DNA of 32,000 nucleotides from Pseudomonas aeruginosa (GTDB lineage Bacteria; Pseudomonadota; Gammaproteobacteria; Pseudomonadales; Pseudomonadaceae): NCBI RefSeq assembly GCF_001457615.1, contig NZ_LN831024.1, positions 750,001 to 782,000 of the forward strand, read 5' to 3'. Shown piece by piece: positions 28,043 to 32,000 of this stretch (position 1 is its first letter; each line of letters starts with the position of its first letter). The notes under the pieces were generated by a model. It saw only the letters and a program-made list of their open reading frames with translations, ran no database searches and was not told where the DNA came from. The position numbers and the translations under genes were made by a program.

Positions 28043-29506
28043 TCAACGGTTGGCCCCGGCGGTTTCGCCGGCGGCCAGTTGGCCGGCGCCCGGCGCCAGG
28101 TCGCCGCTGCCCCAGCCGAGCGCCTTGTAGAGCGCGATGACGTTGACGAACGAGGCGGTCTCCGCCTGCGCCAGTTCCTCGCGGATCTGGTACAGCGCGC
28201 GCTGGTTCTCCAGCACCGCCAGGTAGCTGCCGGCGCCGGCGCGGTAGCGTTCGTTGGCGATCTCCAGGGCGTTCGCGCCATGGGTCGCGGACTGGAACAG
28301 GGCGACCAGCCGACGCTGGTGTTCGGCCAGTTGGTTGAGCGCGTTGCCGACGTCCTCCTGGGCCAGCAGCAGGGAGCGCTGGTAGCGCGCCAGCGCGGCG
28401 TCGGACTGCGCCTCGACGGCGCGCAGGCGGGCCCGCACGTTGCCCAGGCGGAACGCCGGCCAACTGACGCTGGGCGCCAGTTCGAAGGCGCGCGAGGCGC
28501 TGCCGAGGTCGCCGCTGCGCAGGGCGAAGAAACCGATGAAGCCACCCAGGTCGAGGCGCGGATAGAGTTCGGCGGTGGCCGCGCCGACGTCTTCGGTGCT
28601 CGCTGCCAGTTGCCGCTCGGCGCTGACTACGTCGGGGCGCTGGAGGATCAGGCGGTCGACGTCGCCCAGCGGCAGGTTCTTAGCCAATGGCGCGGCGGCG
28701 GCGCCGTCGAGGATCGGCGCGCCGCTGCCGGGTGCCTCGCCGCGCAGCACGTCGAGGCGATAGCGGGCGCTCTCCAGCGCGGTCGTCAGTGGCGGAATCG
28801 CCGCTTCGCTGCGCAGCAGGTTGGCCTGGGCGTTCTCCACGTCCTCCGGCAGGCCGCTGCCCAGTTGCAGGCTGCTGCGGGTCAGCTCCAGGGTGTCGCG
28901 CCAACTGCGCACCTGGGCGCGCGCCACGTCCAGCCGGCGCTGGTAGCCCTGGATCTCGAAGTAGGCGCGGGCGGTGTCGGCGGCGATGCTCAGGCGTACC
29001 AGCCGGAGGTCGGCGTCGGCCGCTTCGGCGCGGGCCAGGGCGGCGTCGGAAAGTCGGCCGAGGCGGCCGAACAGGTCGATTTCCCACTGCGCGTCGAAGC
29101 CGGCGCGGTAGCTCTCCGCCAGGCGCCGGCGCGGCTCGCCGTCGTAGTCCAGCTGTTGTTCGATGCTGCGGCTGTAGCCGGCCTGGCTGGTGACCTGCGG
29201 CAACTGGTCGAGCCAGCGGTCGTCGAACAGCGCGCGGGCGCTGCGCAGGTTGGCGCGGGCCTCGCGGATGTCATGGTTGCGCGCCAGCGCCTGGTCGACC
29301 AGGCGCACCAGTTGCGGATCGTCGAAGAAACTCCACCAGGGCGCTTCCCGCCGCTCGCCGGAGAACTCGCCGAGGTGCTCGCTGGCGACGCGTGGCGGCG
29401 GCGACTGCGGACGCTGGTAGTCGGGGCCGACGCTGCAGGCGGCCAGGCCGGTGCCGACCGCCAGGGCCAGCGCCAGGCGCGAAAGGTTCGGGTAGGAGCG
29501 CTTCAT
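28043..29506 (-). CDS. opmD: OpmD, NodT-family outer-membrane efflux lipoprotein of MexGHI-OpmD, 487 aa
   Basis: ATG 29506-29504 overlaps the mexI TGA 29505-29503 (ATGA). The lipoprotein signal is MKRSYPNLSRLALALAVGTGLAAC, with the Cys24 codon at 29437-29435. TolC/OprM-like repeats follow. The ORF-track 1013-aa version is an off-frame upstream extension into mexI. Confidence 0.95.
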   Translation of the reverse strand: MKRSYPNLSRLALALAVGTGLAACSVGPDYQRPQSPPPRVASEHLGEFSGERREAPWWSFFDDPQLVRLVDQALARNHDIREARANLRSARALFDDRWLDQLPQVTSQAGYSRSIEQQLDYDGEPRRRLAESYRAGFDAQWEIDLFGRLGRLSDAALARAEAADADLRLVRLSIAADTARAYFEIQGYQRRLDVARAQVRSWRDTLELTRSSLQLGSGLPEDVENAQANLLRSEAAIPPLTTALESARYRLDVLRGEAPGSGAPILDGAAAAPLAKNLPLGDVDRLILQRPDVVSAERQLAASTEDVGAATAELYPRLDLGGFIGFFALRSGDLGSASRAFELAPSVSWPAFRLGNVRARLRAVEAQSDAALARYQRSLLLAQEDVGNALNQLAEHQRRLVALFQSATHGANALEIANERYRAGAGSYLAVLENQRALYQIREELAQAETASFVNVIALYKALGWGSGDLAPGAGQLAAGETAGANR

Positions 29507-32000
29507 GCCTTGTTCACCAGCAGATCGGCCTCGGCCAGTTGCCGGCTGCGCGGGCTCTTGTCGACTTCCGCGTGGTTGCGCGCCAGCAGGGTATAGACGG
29601 TGGGCAGCACGAACAGGGTGAAGAGGGTGCCGACCAGCATCCCGGAGACGATCACCACGCCCAGGCCGAAGCGGCTGGCGGCGCCGGCGCCGCTGGCGAA
29701 GAGCAGCGGCACCAGGCCGAAGACCATTGCCGCGGTGGTCATCAGCACCGGCCGCAGGCGGATCTGCGCGGCGCGCAGGATCGCCGCGCGGCGGTCGAGG
29801 CGCTCGTGGAGTTGCAGTTCGTTGGCGAACTCGACCATGAGGATGCCGTGCTTGCTGATCAGGCCGATCAGGGTGACCAGGCCGATCTGCGTATAGATGT
29901 TCATCGTCGCGTAGCCCAGCGCCAGCGGCAGCAGCGCGCCGCAGATCGACAGCGGCACGGTGATCAGGATGATCAGCGGGTCGGCCAGGCTCTCGTACTG
30001 CGCGGCGAGCACCAGGTAGATCACCACCAGGGCGGCGAGGAAGGCGAACACCAGGGTGTTGCCTTCCTGGGTGTATTGCCGCGAGTCGGATTGCCAGTCG
30101 TGGCTGAAGCCGGCCGGCAGGCCGCGCGCCACGTCGTCGAGGAAGGCCACCGCCTGGCCCATGGAGACGCCGGGCGCGGGGATCGCCTGGAGGGTCGCGG
30201 CGTTCTGCTGGTCGAACTGGATCAGCTTGTTCGGTTCGACCTGAAGCTCCACCCGGACCACCGTCGACAGCGGCACCAGGTTGCCGTCCTGGGTGCGCAC
30301 GAACTGTCGTGCCAGCGCTTGCGGAGTGAAACGCTGGTCGCGCAGGCTCTGTGGGATCACGTCGTAGGAGCGGCCCTCCATGCCGAAGCGGTTGACGTAG
30401 TTCTCGCCCACCAGCACCGCCAGCGACTCGCCGATGTCCTGCATGCGGATGCCCAGGCTGTTGGCCTTGGCGCGGTCGATGCGGACCTGGACCACCGGGT
30501 TGTTGTAGTCGAGGTCGCTGTCGACCACCACGAACAGCCCGCTCTGTCGGGCCTTCTGCTTGATCTCTTCCATGGTCCGGTAGAGCACCGGATAGTCCTG
30601 CGGGCTGCGCAGCACCATCTGCACCGGCAGGCCGCCGGTGGAGCCGGGCAGGGCGGCCAACTGGAAGGCGAAGATGCTGCTGCCCTCGACATCGCCGACC
30701 TTGCCTTGCAGCTCGGACTGGATCGCCGAGGCGTCGCGCTCGCGCTTTTCCCAGGCCGCCAGGTTGATCCCGCCGAAGCTCGCCGCCGGTCCGTCGGTGC
30801 CGTTGATGATCCAGGTGCTCACGGTTTCCGGGATGCTGGTGTAGACCTGGTCGAGCTTGCGCGCGAACAGTTCGACATAGTCGAGGTTGGCGTGCTGCGG
30901 CGCCTTGATCGCGGTGAGCACCGCGGCCTGGTCCTCGGTCGGCGCCAGTTCGCGCTTGGGCATCGAATACAGCAGCGGCAGGCTGATGCACACCAGCAAT
31001 GCCAGGCCGCCGGTCAGCCAGCGGTGGCCCAGGGAGAACTCCAGGACCTGCCCGTAGCGCCGCGTCAGGCCGCCGAAGAACCACTCGGCGGCGCGGCCCA
31101 TGCGCCCCTCGTTCTGGTGCGCCTGGAGCAGCAGCGAACTCATCACCGGCGACAGGGTCAGCGCCACCACCCCGGACACGATCACCGCGCCCGCCAGGGT
31201 CAGGGCGAACTCGCGGAACAGCGCGCCGGTGAGGCCGCCCATCAGGCCGATGGGGGTGTACACGGCGGCCAGGGTGATGGTCATGGCGATCACCGGGCCG
31301 GCCACTTCGCGGGCGCCGATCAGCGCCGCCGCCACCGGCGACTTGCCTTCCTCGATGTGGCGGTGGACGTTCTCCACCACCACGATGGCGTCGTCCACCA
31401 CCAGCCCGATGGCCAGCACCATCGCCAGCAGGGTCAGCAGGTTGACGCTGAAGCCGAAGGCCAGCATCAGCGCGGCGGCGCCGAGCATCGACAGGGGAAT
31501 GGTCGCCACCGGGATCAGCACGCTGCGCAGCGAGCCGAGGCAGAGGTAGATCACCAGCACCACGATCAGCAGCGCTTCCACCAGGGTCCGCACCACCTCG
31601 TCGATGGAGGCCTGGATGAAGCGCGAAGTCTCGTAGGCGAGGTCGACGCGGACATCCGGCGGCAGGGTCTTCTGGATCTCCGGCAGCAGCTTGCGGATGC
31701 CGTCGACGATCACCAGCGGGTTGCCGGTGGGCGTCGGGAACAACCCCAGGTGCACCGCCGGGTCGCCGTCCATCAGTGCGCTGGTCTCGGTGGCCGCGGC
31801 GCCCAGTTCGACGGTACCGACGTCGCGCAGGCGCACCAGGCCGTTGCCATCGTTGCGGATGACCATCTCGCGGAAGTCGTCGACGTTGGTCAGGTCGGTG
31901 TTGACCCGCACGTTGGACAGCACGTACTGCCCCTTCACCATCCCCGGCGCCGCCTGGTAGTTGTTGCGGCGGATCGCCTCGGCCACGTCGGAGGCGGTCA
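29503..32000 (-). CDS. mexI: MexI, RND inner-membrane efflux pump, C-terminal ~832 codons. The 5' end lies beyond the window.
   Basis: The frame is open to the window edge. The sequence is AcrB/MexB-like, with large periplasmic loops and TM clusters (..VVDDAIVVVENVHRH.., ..LISKHGILMVEFANEL..). The stop overlaps the opmD start. Confidence 0.95.
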   Translation of the reverse strand, partial: TASDVAEAIRRNNYQAAPGMVKGQYVLSNVRVNTDLTNVDDFREMVIRNDGNGLVRLRDVGTVELGAAATETSALMDGDPAVHLGLFPTPTGNPLVIVDGIRKLLPEIQKTLPPDVRVDLAYETSRFIQASIDEVVRTLVEALLIVVLVIYLCLGSLRSVLIPVATIPLSMLGAAALMLAFGFSVNLLTLLAMVLAIGLVVDDAIVVVENVHRHIEEGKSPVAAALIGAREVAGPVIAMTITLAAVYTPIGLMGGLTGALFREFALTLAGAVIVSGVVALTLSPVMSSLLLQAHQNEGRMGRAAEWFFGGLTRRYGQVLEFSLGHRWLTGGLALLVCISLPLLYSMPKRELAPTEDQAAVLTAIKAPQHANLDYVELFARKLDQVYTSIPETVSTWIINGTDGPAASFGGINLAAWEKRERDASAIQSELQGKVGDVEGSSIFAFQLAALPGSTGGLPVQMVLRSPQDYPVLYRTMEEIKQKARQSGLFVVVDSDLDYNNPVVQVRIDRAKANSLGIRMQDIGESLAVLVGENYVNRFGMEGRSYDVIPQSLRDQRFTPQALARQFVRTQDGNLVPLSTVVRVELQVEPNKLIQFDQQNAATLQAIPAPGVSMGQAVAFLDDVARGLPAGFSHDWQSDSRQYTQEGNTLVFAFLAALVVIYLVLAAQYESLADPLIILITVPLSICGALLPLALGYATMNIYTQIGLVTLIGLISKHGILMVEFANELQLHERLDRRAAILRAAQIRLRPVLMTTAAMVFGLVPLLFASGAGAASRFGLGVVIVSGMLVGTLFTLFVLPTVYTLLARNHAEVDKSPRSRQLAEADLLVNKA

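Noticed and set aside
26794-28545. 583-aa minus-strand ORF antisense to phzM and running into opmD off-frame
   Set aside because: It has no motifs and low-complexity composition, and it starts in the AT-rich intergenic region with no SD. phzM on the plus strand is a complete methyltransferase.
28043-31084. 1013-aa ORF suggesting a giant OpmD
   Set aside because: Only the last 487 codons (from ATG 29506, with a lipoprotein signal and LAAC lipobox) are OpmD. The upstream part is an off-frame reading of mexI with Arg/Pro/Gly-rich junk sequence.

Overview
This window is a fully recognisable, high-GC Pseudomonas aeruginosa chromosomal region, equivalent to PAO1 PA4226 down to PA4207 read in reverse orientation. 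I found no undescribed system. Three known iron/redox secondary-metabolite modules sit back to back. (1) Plus strand: pyochelin assembly and uptake, with pchE (5'-truncated by the window edge), pchF, pchG, pchH and pchI, then fptA-fptB-fptC-fptX behind a near-consensus Fur box. (2) Minus strand: phzS and the phenazine core operon phzA1B1C1D1E1F1G1, driven from a las/rhl-type lux box about 370-390 nt upstream of phzA1, with divergent phzM on the plus strand. (3) Minus strand: opmD and the 3' ~2.5 kb of mexI (MexGHI-OpmD efflux). Coding density is very high, and many neighbours share ATGA/GTGA stop-start overlaps. I saw no tRNA/rRNA, CRISPR array, IS element, integrase or prophage signature. The one real anomaly is a 1-nt deletion that frameshifts phzD1 inside the conserved WGPG motif; every other gene has its expected length. 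Smaller points worth a look: a 67-codon upstream ORF in the phzA1 leader whose stop overlaps the phzA1 ATG; a GxCxG-like nucleophile elbow in the PchF thioesterase; the PepSY-TM protein FptC as a candidate ferri-siderophore reductase; a 25-nt direct repeat between phzG1 and phzS; and phzM/opmD converging with only 10 nt between their stops. The many long Arg/Ala/Gly/Pro-rich ORFs in the six-frame track are off-frame or antisense artefacts of GC-rich DNA.
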